From: Reyranella sp.
GTDB taxonomy: Bacteria > Pseudomonadota > Alphaproteobacteria > Reyranellales > Reyranellaceae
Length of the DNA: 64,000 nucleotides
Direction: 5' to 3'
Assembly: GCA_035651335.1 (NCBI GenBank)
Contig: DASRFX010000131.1
Span: 14,499 to 78,498, forward strand
In this document: positions 9,301 to 18,364 of the stretch, in pieces
How positions within the stretch are numbered: position 1 is the first letter of the stretch
How the letters are laid out: the number at the start of each line of letters is the position of its first letter
Translations under genes and position numbers: made by a program
The notes under the pieces: model-generated
What the model was told of the DNA's origin: nothing
Databases searched by the model: none
Seen by the model: the letters and a program-made list of their open reading frames with translations, nothing else

Positions 9301-10284
9301 TCAGCGAGCGTCGAGGCCCTGCCAGATCGATACGATCTCGGCGACCGCCTTGGGGTCGGCAACCATCTGGTCGTGCTCGATGCCGCGGATCAGGCGCAAC
9401 TTCAGGTGCGGATTGTCGATGCTGCCCAGCCGGCCGGCATTGGTGAGGTCGTCCTCGTCGCTGGTCAGGATGACCGTCAGTGACTCGATGTGCGCCAGAT
9501 CGCGGCGCCAGTCATCGGCCTGGAGGCTGCGCTGCATGCGGTAGGTGTAGGAAGGCGTATGCCTGCCGTCCGGCCTGGGATCGACGGCATAGCGCACCAC
9601 CGTCAAATCCTCGAACCAGGGCAGACCGAGACGCTCGAGGCCGAGCAGACCGACGATCCGCAGGCTGGCGCGATTGGCCCATGGACCGATGTGACGGCCG
9701 CGGATCTCGGTGAAGGCCGTCACGAAAGGCGAGATCACGATGTAGTCGTCGAACGAAGCGCGCATCCGACCACTGGCGATGCGGAGCGCGAAGCCGCCAC
9801 CGGCCGAATAGCCGATCAGCGTGCGGTTGGTGCCGGGCTTGTCGAGGCCGAGCGCCTTCATGAAATCAGCCAGGTCGTCGTCGAGCTGGCCGATATAGCT
9901 CACGTCGCCGCTCGTCCTGCCGCTGCCGCCGTGGCCGCGCAGGCTGAGCGCGTAGGCCGTGGCACCGGCGGCCTGCAGGGCGAGCGCCACCTTGTGCATG
10001 TCGAGGCTGGTGCCCGTGGAGCCGTGGATCAGCAGGACGATGCGCTCCGGCCGTCCGGGATAGGCGCGATAGACGAGCGGCGCGCCGTCCCGCGCCGTGA
10101 CCCTCTGCACCGGCGGAATTTCCGCCGGATTCCAGGCGGCGAGGCCCGGGATAGCGCCGCCTCCAGAGACGATCGGCGGCGGCATCGGCTCATCGAAGGC
10201 GATAGCGCCAGCCCATAGACCCACCACCAGCACGACGAGGCCCGCCGCGGCGAGACGCAGTCTCCTGGCGAGCGCCCGCTTCAC
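9301..10284 (-). CDS. Membrane-anchored or secreted alpha/beta hydrolase
   Basis: N-terminal hydrophobic segment, LLIHG, RGHGGS, nucleophile elbow GYSAG and C-terminal His (IEHDQ). Confidence 0.85.
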   Translation of the reverse strand: MKRALARRLRLAAAGLVVLVVGLWAGAIAFDEPMPPPIVSGGGAIPGLAAWNPAEIPPVQRVTARDGAPLVYRAYPGRPERIVLLIHGSTGTSLDMHKVALALQAAGATAYALSLRGHGGSGRTSGDVSYIGQLDDDLADFMKALGLDKPGTNRTLIGYSAGGGFALRIASGRMRASFDDYIVISPFVTAFTEIRGRHIGPWANRASLRIVGLLGLERLGLPWFEDLTVVRYAVDPRPDGRHTPSYTYRMQRSLQADDWRRDLAHIESLTVILTSDEDDLTNAGRLGSIDNPHLKLRLIRGIEHDQMVADPKAVAEIVSIWQGLDAR

Positions 10285-12545
10285 GATTGCAGCGCTTTCC
10301 AGATCTTGGCCGCGGTGAGCGGCATATCGAGGTGGCGCACGCCGCGGGGCCGCAGCGCATCGAGCACGGCATTGGCGAAGGCGGCCGGGGCGCCGTTGGT
10401 CGGCAGCTCGCCCACGCCCTTCAGGCCGAGGAAATTGTTGGGCGAGGGCGTGGCGATGGTCTCGACGTTGAAGAAGGGCACGTCATCGGCGTGCGGCAAG
10501 GCGTAGTCCATCAGCGTGCCGGTCAGAAGCTGGCCGGTCTCCTCGTCGTACACGGCCGCTTCCATGGCGCCGTTGCCGAGACCATGAGCGATACCGCCAT
10601 GCATCTGGCCCTCGATCAGGCGCGGATTGACCACGACGCCGGCGTCGACCACGGCCGTCAGGCGATCGATGCGCGCCGCGCCGGTCTCAGGATCGATCTC
10701 GACCTCGCAGACCATGACGCCGGTGGGATAGGTCTCGATCTTGTCGGCGAATTTCGCGTCGCCGCCGAACGGGTTGTAGGCCGCCAGCTCGAGCAGGCTG
10801 ATGCGCCGGTCGGTGCCCACGACCTCGAAGCTGCCGTCGCGGAAGACGATGTCGGCCGGCGCCGTCTCGAGCCGTTCGGCGGCGAGATCGCGTCCGCGTT
10901 CGATAACGACGTCGGCGGCGCGCCGCAGGGTCGTGCCGCTGATGATGGTCGAGGACGAGCCGCCCGTGCCGCCGCCGTGCGGGATGGTGCGCGTGTCGCC
11001 CTGGCGTAGCTCGATCCGGTCGACCGGCACGCCCAGCACGCCCGACACGATCTGCGAGAAGACCGTTTCGTGGCCCTGGCTTTGCGTGCCGGCATGGGCG
11101 ATCACGCGGTCGGGCATCACCTCGATCACCGAATGCTCGTCGGCGATGCCGCCGGTGCCGTGCAGGTGACACGAGAGGCCGATACCGCGCAGCAGGCCCT
11201 TCGCCTCGCTGCCGGCACGGCGGCCCGCGAAGCCTGCTTCGTCGGCGGCCTTCAGCGCCGTCTCGAACAGCCGCGGGCAATCGGCCGCGTCGTAGGTGTA
11301 GCCGACGGCCGATTTGTACGGCATGTCGGCGGGCTTGAGCAGGTTCAGCCGCCGCAGCTCCGCCGGCGTACGGCCGGTCTCGTGCGCCGCGCAGTCGATC
11401 AGCCGTTCGAGCAGGAACAGCGCCTCGGGCTTGCCGGCGCCGCGGATCGCGTCGACCGGCACGGTGTTGGTGAAGGCGCAGACGAACTCGATGTCGATCG
11501 CGGGAATGCGGTAGAGGCCGGAGATCACCTTGGCGAGGCCGGTGGTCGGGATCGACGGCGCGAACATCGAGAGGTAGGCGCCGAAATTGGCCTCCGCCCG
11601 CACGCGCAGGCCGAGGAACCTGCCGGCACCGTCGAGCGCCAGCTCGGCGGAGGCGATAAGGTCGCGCGAATGGCTGTCGGACAGGGCGTGCTCGGCGCGC
11701 TCGGCGCTCCACCGCAAGCCGCGCCTGAGCTTGCGGGTCGCCCAGGCGATCAGGGTCGATTCGACGGAGATCGGATATTTGGGCCCGAAGCCGCCGCCGA
11801 CATCCTGCGTCACCAGCCTGAGCTTGTCCCTCGGCAGATTGAGCACGCGCTCGCACATCAGCCGGTGCGGGATCTGCACGCCCTGCGAGCCCATTGTCAC
11901 GGTCACGAGATCGCTTGCGGAATCGTAGGCCGACCACGCGGCGCGGGTTTCCATGTAGTGCACGATCTGGCGTGGCGAGCGGATGGCCAGCCGGCTGACA
12001 TGGGCGGCGCCGGCGATCGCCGCATCGGTGGCAGCCCGATCGCCGCGCTGCCAGTGGCACATCAGGTTGCCTGGCACGTCGTCGTGCACCAGCGCCGCAC
12101 CGGGCGCCAGCGCCTGAGCAACGGTGACGACGGCAGGGAGCTCCTCATAGTCGACGACGAGCGCTTCCGCGGCATCGCGTGCTTGGTCGAGCGTGTCGGC
12201 CGCGATCATGGCGACAATGTCGCCGACATGGCGCACCTTGCCGACCGACATCGGCAAATGCGGCGGCTCGCGATGGCGGTTGCCGGCCGGATCCTTGATC
12301 TCGCTGATCGTCGGCAGATGGCCGAGCTTGTCGGCCGCGGTGTCCTCGGCGGTGTAGATTGCGGCCACGCCCGGGACGGCGCGCGCGGCGTCCTTGTCGA
12401 TGCTCACGATCCGCGCATGCGCATGCGGCGAGCGCACGAACAGAACCGCCAATGCGTCCCTGGGCGCGGTGTTGTCGGTGTAGCGCCCGCGGCCGGTGAG
12501 GAAACGCTGGTCTTCGCGGCGCGTGATCGACTGGCCGATGGTCAC
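10281..12545 (-). CDS. Xanthine dehydrogenase family molybdopterin-binding large subunit (CoxL/CutL-like)
   Basis: RREDQRFLTGRGRY, RSPHAHARI, VGGGFG, RGAG, QGHET, GQMHGG and KGVGE motifs. Confidence 0.92.
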   Translation of the reverse strand: MTIGQSITRREDQRFLTGRGRYTDNTAPRDALAVLFVRSPHAHARIVSIDKDAARAVPGVAAIYTAEDTAADKLGHLPTISEIKDPAGNRHREPPHLPMSVGKVRHVGDIVAMIAADTLDQARDAAEALVVDYEELPAVVTVAQALAPGAALVHDDVPGNLMCHWQRGDRAATDAAIAGAAHVSRLAIRSPRQIVHYMETRAAWSAYDSASDLVTVTMGSQGVQIPHRLMCERVLNLPRDKLRLVTQDVGGGFGPKYPISVESTLIAWATRKLRRGLRWSAERAEHALSDSHSRDLIASAELALDGAGRFLGLRVRAEANFGAYLSMFAPSIPTTGLAKVISGLYRIPAIDIEFVCAFTNTVPVDAIRGAGKPEALFLLERLIDCAAHETGRTPAELRRLNLLKPADMPYKSAVGYTYDAADCPRLFETALKAADEAGFAGRRAGSEAKGLLRGIGLSCHLHGTGGIADEHSVIEVMPDRVIAHAGTQSQGHETVFSQIVSGVLGVPVDRIELRQGDTRTIPHGGGTGGSSSTIISGTTLRRAADVVIERGRDLAAERLETAPADIVFRDGSFEVVGTDRRISLLELAAYNPFGGDAKFADKIETYPTGVMVCEVEIDPETGAARIDRLTAVVDAGVVVNPRLIEGQMHGGIAHGLGNGAMEAAVYDEETGQLLTGTLMDYALPHADDVPFFNVETIATPSPNNFLGLKGVGELPTNGAPAAFANAVLDALRPRGVRHLDMPLTAAKIWKALQS

Positions 12546-12555
12546 GCTCGGGGGC

Positions 12556-13599
12556 TCACGCCGCCAGCACGTCGCTGATCACCTTTAGCGCGGCATCGAT
12601 ATCGGCGCGGTTGACGTCGAGATGGGTGACGGCGCGGATGCGCGTGGCGCTGCTGGCGCCGATGCCGAGCCCGCGCTCCTTGCAGGCCTGCACCAGCTTC
12701 GGCGCCGTCCAGCCCGGCTTCCTCACCTCGAAGAACACCAGGTTGGTCTGCATCTTCTCGACCTCGCACTCCAGCCCCTTGATGTTGGCGATGCCCGAGG
12801 CGAGGTGATGGGCGTTGTCGTGGTCCTCGGCCAGGCGGTCCCAATTGTGCTCCAGCGCGTAGAGCGCGGCCGCAGCGATCACGCCGGACTGGCGCATCGA
12901 GCCGCCCAGCATCTGCTTCTGCCGCCACGCTTCCTTGACGAACTCCCTGGAGCCCGCGAGCGAGGCGCCGACCGGTGCGCCCAGGCCCTTGGTGTAGTCG
13001 AGCCACAGCGAATCGACGCAGGCCGCATAGTCCTTGGCCTTGGTGCCAGACTTGACCGCGGCATTGCAGAGCCGCGCGCCATCCATGTGGACGGCGAGCC
13101 CTGCGCCATGCGCCACCTTGGCGACGCCCTGCAGGGTCGCGAGCGGCCACACCGTGCCGAAGCCGCCGTTCGAGGTGTTCTCGACCGAGACCAGGCGTGA
13201 ACGCGGCGCGTTGCGGTTGTTGGGATCGCGCAGCGCGGCCTGCACCTGCTCGGCGGTGAACACGCCGTTCGGCCCATCGAGCATGCGGATCATGACGCCG
13301 GAGTTGGCCGCGGTCCCGCCCGACTCGGCGTTGATGATGTGGGCGGTCTTGTCGGCGATCACCTCGTCGCCCAGCCGGCAATGCACGCGGATGGCGGCCT
13401 GGTTGCACATCGTGCCGCTCGGCATGAAGACGGCATCCTCCTTGCCCAGGATCTCGCAGATCTTGTCGCGCAGGCGGTTGACGGTGGGATCTTCGTATTT
13501 CTGCTCGTCCCCCACCTCGGCCTCGGCCATCGCTTTCCGCATGCCGGGCGAGGGCTTGGTCTTGGTGTCGCTGTAAAGATCGATGAAACGGTTTTGCAT
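12556..13599 (-). CDS. ltaE: Low-specificity L-threonine aldolase family PLP enzyme
   Basis: DLYSDT, PSGTMCNQ, ENTSN, HMDGARL, TKGLGAPVG and GGSMRQ motifs. Confidence 0.88.
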   Translation of the reverse strand: MQNRFIDLYSDTKTKPSPGMRKAMAEAEVGDEQKYEDPTVNRLRDKICEILGKEDAVFMPSGTMCNQAAIRVHCRLGDEVIADKTAHIINAESGGTAANSGVMIRMLDGPNGVFTAEQVQAALRDPNNRNAPRSRLVSVENTSNGGFGTVWPLATLQGVAKVAHGAGLAVHMDGARLCNAAVKSGTKAKDYAACVDSLWLDYTKGLGAPVGASLAGSREFVKEAWRQKQMLGGSMRQSGVIAAAALYALEHNWDRLAEDHDNAHHLASGIANIKGLECEVEKMQTNLVFFEVRKPGWTAPKLVQACKERGLGIGASSATRIRAVTHLDVNRADIDAALKVISDVLAA

Positions 13600-13658
13600 G
13601 GCGTGGCGTGTTCTCCTGCGCCACCATACTACAGAATATTCAGTGAAAGCCCTCCCCA

Positions 13659-15074
13659 ATGGACACGAAGCGCCTGCAGAAATTCGTCGACACCTTCTGG
13701 GACGACGCGATCCTGCCGTCGATCACCGAGTACATCGGCATCCCCAACAAGTCGCCGGCCTTCGACGCCCAATGGGTCGAGCACGGCTACATGGAGGACG
13801 CGGTGAAGCTGATGCAGGCGTGGGCGCAGCGCGAGCTCGCGGCGTTTCCCGGCGCCACGCTCGAGGTGGTCCGCCTGCCCAGCCGCACGCCGCTCCTCCT
13901 GATGGAGCTGCCGGGCGACAGCGCCGACACCGTGCTGCTCTACGGCCATCTCGACAAGCAGCCCGAGATGAAGGGTTGGTTCGAGGGCTTCGGCCCGTGG
14001 ATTCCGCTGCGCAAGGACGACAAGCTCTATGGCCGCGGCGGTGCCGACGACGGCTATGCGATGTACGCCTGCCTGTGCGCGCTGAAGGCGCTGGCCGAGC
14101 AGAAGGTGCCGCGCGCGCGCTGCGTCGTCATGATCGAGGCCTGCGAGGAGTCCGGCAGCTACGATCTGCCGTTCTATGTCGATCATCTGCGCGAACGGAT
14201 CGGCAAGCCGTCGCTGGTGATCTGCCTCGATTCGGGCTGCGGCGACTACGAGCGGCTGTGGCTCACCACCTCGCTGCGCGGCATCGCCGCCGGCACGCTC
14301 AGCGTGCGCGTGCTGACCGAGGGTGTGCATTCGGGCGACGCCTCGGGCATCGTGCCGTCGTCGTTCCGCCTGCTGCGCGGGCTGCTGTCGCGCATCGAGG
14401 ACGAGACGAGCGGCGCGATCAAACTGCAGGACCTCTACGTGCAGATCCCGCCGCAGCGCATCGAGCAGGCCAAGGAGGCGGCGCGCATCCTGGGCGACCA
14501 CGTGATCGACCGCTACCCGTTCGCCGGCTCGACCAGGCCGATGGCCGACGAGAAGGCGGAGCTGGTGCTGAACCGGACCTGGCGGCCGCAGCTCGCCGTC
14601 ATCGGCATGGACGGCTATCCGGCGCCGGAGAATGCCGGCAACGTGCTGCTGCCTTATTCCGTCGCCAAGCTCAGCCTGCGCCTGCCGCCGACGCTCGAGG
14701 CCAAGGCCGCGGTCGCGACCTTGAAGCGGACGCTCGAGGCCGATCCGCCCAACGGCGCCATCGTCGAGTTCGACGGCAAGGACGGCCAATCCGGCTGGCA
14801 CGCGCCGCAACTGGCACCGTGGCTCGAGAAGGCGGTCGCGCAGGCCTCGCAGGACTCTTTCGGCAAGCCCGCCGCTTACATGGGCGAGGGCGGCTCGATC
14901 CCGTTCATGGGCATGCTGGGCGAGAAGTTCCCCGACACGCAGTTCGTCATCACCGGCGTGCTGGGCCCGCACTCCAACGCGCACGGCCCCAACGAATTCC
15001 TGCACATTCCGACCGGCAAGCATGTGACCGCGGCGGTGGCGAGCATGATCGCCGCTCATCATCGCGCGCGGTAA
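13659..15074 (+). CDS. M20 family metallopeptidase (dipeptidase)
   Basis: YGHLDKQP, YGRGGADDG, EESGS, GGSIPF and AHGPNE motifs. Confidence 0.92.
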   Translation: MDTKRLQKFVDTFWDDAILPSITEYIGIPNKSPAFDAQWVEHGYMEDAVKLMQAWAQRELAAFPGATLEVVRLPSRTPLLLMELPGDSADTVLLYGHLDKQPEMKGWFEGFGPWIPLRKDDKLYGRGGADDGYAMYACLCALKALAEQKVPRARCVVMIEACEESGSYDLPFYVDHLRERIGKPSLVICLDSGCGDYERLWLTTSLRGIAAGTLSVRVLTEGVHSGDASGIVPSSFRLLRGLLSRIEDETSGAIKLQDLYVQIPPQRIEQAKEAARILGDHVIDRYPFAGSTRPMADEKAELVLNRTWRPQLAVIGMDGYPAPENAGNVLLPYSVAKLSLRLPPTLEAKAAVATLKRTLEADPPNGAIVEFDGKDGQSGWHAPQLAPWLEKAVAQASQDSFGKPAAYMGEGGSIPFMGMLGEKFPDTQFVITGVLGPHSNAHGPNEFLHIPTGKHVTAAVASMIAAHHRAR

Positions 15075-15170
15075 GTTCTATAGGACGGAATCGGGAACTT
15101 CCGGCAACGCGACTATAATGGCCTGGTCGGTCTGGCGCGGCATGAGCCGATCTAGGGCATCGGCAGGGGG

Positions 15171-15201
15171 TCCCATTATTTTCCCATTATTTTAATGGGA
15201 A
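15171..15201. promoter_or_regulatory. Putative transcription-factor operator upstream of the LLM operon
   Basis: Perfect inverted repeat TTCCCATTA-TTT-TAATGGGAA (15181-15201) plus a direct half-site copy TCCCATTATTT at 15171. AT-rich in a GC-rich background. Confidence 0.6.
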
Positions 15202-15255
15202 CGTCGGTAAATGCCCAAATTGAGTTAGGGTCGGGTTGGGCAAGGAGAGCGAGCG

Positions 15256-16491
15256 ATGAAATTCACCTGGTTTCACCTGATGCCGTGGCCGCACATGCCG
15301 GACGATTTCCGCCAGAAGCACCGGTCGGTGTGGGTCGACCTGCCCAACAAGATGTACGAGCCCGAGCTCGGCCACATCGCCTACCACCAGTATCTCGACC
15401 AGCTCGAATTCGCCGAGAAGGTGGGCTTCGACGGCATCGGCGTGAACGAGCACCATGCCAACGCCTACGGCCTGATGCCGTCGCCCAACCTGATGGCGGC
15501 GACGCTCACGCGGCGCACCTCGAAGGCGGCGCTGGTCGTGCTCGGCAACTCGATCGCGCTCTACAATCCGCCGCTCCGGGTGGCCGAGGAGTTCGCCATG
15601 CTCGACGTGCTGTCGGGCGGTCGCCTGATCGCCGGCTTCCCGGTCGGCACGTCGATGGACACCAACTACGCCTACGGTACGGTGCCGGCGCTGACGCGCG
15701 AGAAATACGCCGAAGCGCATGATCTCATCCGCAAGGCGTGGGCGGCCGACGAGCCATTCGCCTTCAACGGCCGCTACACCAAGCTGCGCTACGTCAATTG
15801 CTGGCCCAAGCCGGTGCAACGGCCGGCGCCGCCAGTGTTCATCCCGGGCGGCGGCTCGGTCGAGACCTACGACTTCTGCATCGACAATACCTACTCGTAT
15901 TCGTACCTCAGCTACTCCGGCTATCTGCGCGCCAAGCTGCTCATGGAGGGCTACTGGAAGCGCGTCGCCGAGCGCAAGGTCGACGAGTCGCCTTATCGCG
16001 CGGGCTTCGCCCAGGTGATCTGCGTCGCCGACACCGACGCCGAGGCCGAGCGTCTCTACTGGCCGCACGTGAACTACTTCTACAATCGCTGCCTGCACGT
16101 GTATCCAGGCTTCGCCGACGCGCCGGGCTACCGCACCATCAAGACGATCCAGAGCGGCGCGCTGTCGCAATTCGCGCCGGGCTCGGGCCGCGACTATCCC
16201 AACATGAGCTGGAAGGACCTAACCGACGGCCGCTACGTCGTCGCCGGCTCGCCCGAGACGGTGCGCCAGCAGATGGAGGAGCTGATCAAGACCCTGCGCG
16301 TCGGCAACGTCTTCTGCCTGCTGCACATCGGCAACATGCCCGACGACAAGGTGCGCCACTCGAGCAAGCTGTTCGCCGAGAAGGTGATGCCGCAGCTGCG
16401 CAATCTGTGGCCGGAGTGGAAGAACCACGACGACCGCTTCTGGTGCCATCCCATGCACGAGCCGGTGCCGATGCGGGCGGCCGCCGAATGA
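15256..16491 (+). CDS. Luciferase-like (LLM class) flavin-dependent monooxygenase
   Basis: GFDGIGVNEHH, PSPNLMAA, PLRVAEEFAMLDVLSGGRL and PKPVQRP motifs. Confidence 0.92.
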   Translation: MKFTWFHLMPWPHMPDDFRQKHRSVWVDLPNKMYEPELGHIAYHQYLDQLEFAEKVGFDGIGVNEHHANAYGLMPSPNLMAATLTRRTSKAALVVLGNSIALYNPPLRVAEEFAMLDVLSGGRLIAGFPVGTSMDTNYAYGTVPALTREKYAEAHDLIRKAWAADEPFAFNGRYTKLRYVNCWPKPVQRPAPPVFIPGGGSVETYDFCIDNTYSYSYLSYSGYLRAKLLMEGYWKRVAERKVDESPYRAGFAQVICVADTDAEAERLYWPHVNYFYNRCLHVYPGFADAPGYRTIKTIQSGALSQFAPGSGRDYPNMSWKDLTDGRYVVAGSPETVRQQMEELIKTLRVGNVFCLLHIGNMPDDKVRHSSKLFAEKVMPQLRNLWPEWKNHDDRFWCHPMHEPVPMRAAAE

Positions 16492-17273
16492 AGTCCCGCT
16501 TCCTCGCGCTCAAGAAGCCGCCGGCCAGGATCGAAGTGATGGAGGCCGGCAAGGGAAAAGACCTGCTGTTCCTGCATGGCGCCGGCGGCCACCTGCCGAA
16601 CGATCCGCTGCTCGCGGCGCTGGCCACGAAATTCCACGTCGTGGCGCCGCTGCTGCCGGGCTACGGTCGCTCGGAAGGCGAGGACGGCTTGCGCGACATG
16701 CTCGACGTCACCCTGCACGCGCTCGATGTGCTGGAGAAGCTGAAGCTCAGCAAGCCGATCGTCGTCGGCCATTCGATGGGCGGCATGATTGCCGCCGAGA
16801 TGGCCGCGATCGCCCATACCGAGATCGAGCGGCTCTGTTTGCTGGCGCCGGCCGGGCTGTGGCTCGACGACCATCCGATCGCCGACATCTTCGCCAAGCT
16901 GCCCTACGAACTGCCGGCGCTGCTGTTCCACGACGCCGAGCTCGGCCGCAAGCTCATGACCGCCGGCGGCGGCGACATGGGCGACATCGAGTTCCTGAAG
17001 CAGTTCCTGGTGATGAACGCGCGCCGGCTGGGCATGGCGGGCAAGCTCCTGTTTCCCATTCCCGACCGCGGCCTGGCCGAGCGCCTTCATCGCGTTACGG
17101 CGAAGACGCTGATCGTGTGGGGGCGCGAGGACGTGCTGATCCCGCCGGTCTACGGCGAGGCCTTCCGGAAGGCGATTTCCGGCGCGAAGTTGGTTAGGAT
17201 CGCCAAGGCAGGGCACGCCGTCGGACAGGAGAAGCCGGCCGCGGTCCTGGAGGCGATCAGGGATTACTTCTGA
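16488..17273 (+). CDS. Alpha/beta hydrolase
   Basis: ATGA overlap with the LLM gene; FLHGAGG, GHSMGG, WGRED and AGH. Confidence 0.88.
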   Translation: MKSRFLALKKPPARIEVMEAGKGKDLLFLHGAGGHLPNDPLLAALATKFHVVAPLLPGYGRSEGEDGLRDMLDVTLHALDVLEKLKLSKPIVVGHSMGGMIAAEMAAIAHTEIERLCLLAPAGLWLDDHPIADIFAKLPYELPALLFHDAELGRKLMTAGGGDMGDIEFLKQFLVMNARRLGMAGKLLFPIPDRGLAERLHRVTAKTLIVWGREDVLIPPVYGEAFRKAISGAKLVRIAKAGHAVGQEKPAAVLEAIRDYF

Positions 17274-17286
17274 GCGGAGGCGGGCG

Positions 17287-17658
17287 GTGAGGAAAGCGAT
17301 CCTGGCGGGCGTGGCGCTGGTCGCGCTCGGCATCGTCGGCACGGCGTGGGCCGAGCCGGCAGTCTACAGCCTGACAGGCATGGGTTCCGGCGTCCCCGGC
17401 AGCTCGAAATGCGCCACCTATCAGATCACCATCGATCTCACCGTCGACGGCAAGGCGGTGAAGGGCTCGTTCAAGCAGCAGGGCCGGCCGGAGCGCGCCT
17501 TCGCCACCACCCTCGACGACAAGGGCGCCTTCAAGGCCACGGCCGATGTCGGCGAGGGCAACGTCATGGATGTGAGCGGGACGCTGGCGGCCGACGACGG
17601 CCGCATCCTGCTCGACGGCTATTGCAAGTTCGAAGGCAAGCTCACCCGCAAGAAGTAG
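17287..17658 (+). CDS. Small secreted hypothetical protein (paralog 1)
   Basis: GGAGG RBS, signal peptide ending AWA, and clear similarity to the next ORF. Confidence 0.8.
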   Translation: MRKAILAGVALVALGIVGTAWAEPAVYSLTGMGSGVPGSSKCATYQITIDLTVDGKAVKGSFKQQGRPERAFATTLDDKGAFKATADVGEGNVMDVSGTLAADDGRILLDGYCKFEGKLTRKK

Positions 17659-17661
17659 GAG

Positions 17662-18042
17662 ATGGGATTCATGACGAAGATGGGAACGGCCGCCCTCGGC
17701 GCCGTCGGCACGCTGGCGCTCGTAGCGGCGGCGCAGGCCGCGCCGGTGACGTATTCGTGGACCGGCAAGGGCATCAACGTGCAGGGTGCTTCGAAGTGCC
17801 CGACCTACGAGATGACCGTCGACGTCCAGGTCGACGGCACGGACGTCAAGGGCGAGTTCCAGCAGAAGGGCCGCGATCGTCGCCACTTCGAAGCCAAGCT
17901 CGACGGCAAGGGCATGTTCAAGACCAAAGCGCAGTTGGGCGGCGGCAGCACGATGGATGTGAGCGGCACGATCAACGACAAGGAAACCAGGGTCCTGCTC
18001 GACGGCTACTGCAAGTTCGACGCCAAGCTCATGAAGAAGTAG
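17662..18042 (+). CDS. Small secreted hypothetical protein (paralog 2)
   Basis: Signal peptide ending AQA; shares SKC.TY, G.F.Q.GR, MDVSGT and LLDGYCKF with paralog 1. Confidence 0.8.
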   Translation: MGFMTKMGTAALGAVGTLALVAAAQAAPVTYSWTGKGINVQGASKCPTYEMTVDVQVDGTDVKGEFQQKGRDRRHFEAKLDGKGMFKTKAQLGGGSTMDVSGTINDKETRVLLDGYCKFDAKLMKK

Positions 18043-18076
18043 TTTTCTCGGGCACGCCGAGAAAGATCTCAGTCAG

Positions 18077-18364
18077 TCACGGCTGACGGCGCAAACTGTA
18101 GTTGGAAGCGGTGTGCCAGCGATCCCTGTTGGTGCGAATGTTTGTCAATTCGTCGATGTGAAAGCATCGCCAATCGCCTCCACGAGGCAATCGCGAAGTG
18201 GTCAGGCCTCCATATTGGAACGCGAACACGGCGAGCTCGTGACGTGATGTTAGTCCAATTGCATGAGGGGCAAAGCGCCGTCTCGTACCTCGATGATCAG
18301 CAGTGATACAACGCTGATCCAGGATCGCGCTTGCCAGGCGATGGAGCACCTTATCGACGTTCAT
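18077..18364 (-). CDS. Small WYL-like protein; possibly read through TGA to 18029, or nonsense-truncated
   Basis: ATG overlaps the stop of the upstream oxidoreductase. RRFAPHAIG...FAFQYGG...LPRGGDWRCF.ID...WHT resembles stand-alone WYL-like proteins. Visibly lower GC than neighbours. Confidence 0.65.
   Translation of the reverse strand: MNVDKVLHRLASAILDQRCITADHRGTRRRFAPHAIGLTSRHELAVFAFQYGGLTTSRLPRGGDWRCFHIDELTNIRTNRDRWHTASNYSLRRQP

Noticed and set aside
10281-12545. Aerobic CO dehydrogenase
   Set aside because: It lacks the AYxCSFR Cu-binding loop and has no coxM, coxS or accessory genes nearby.
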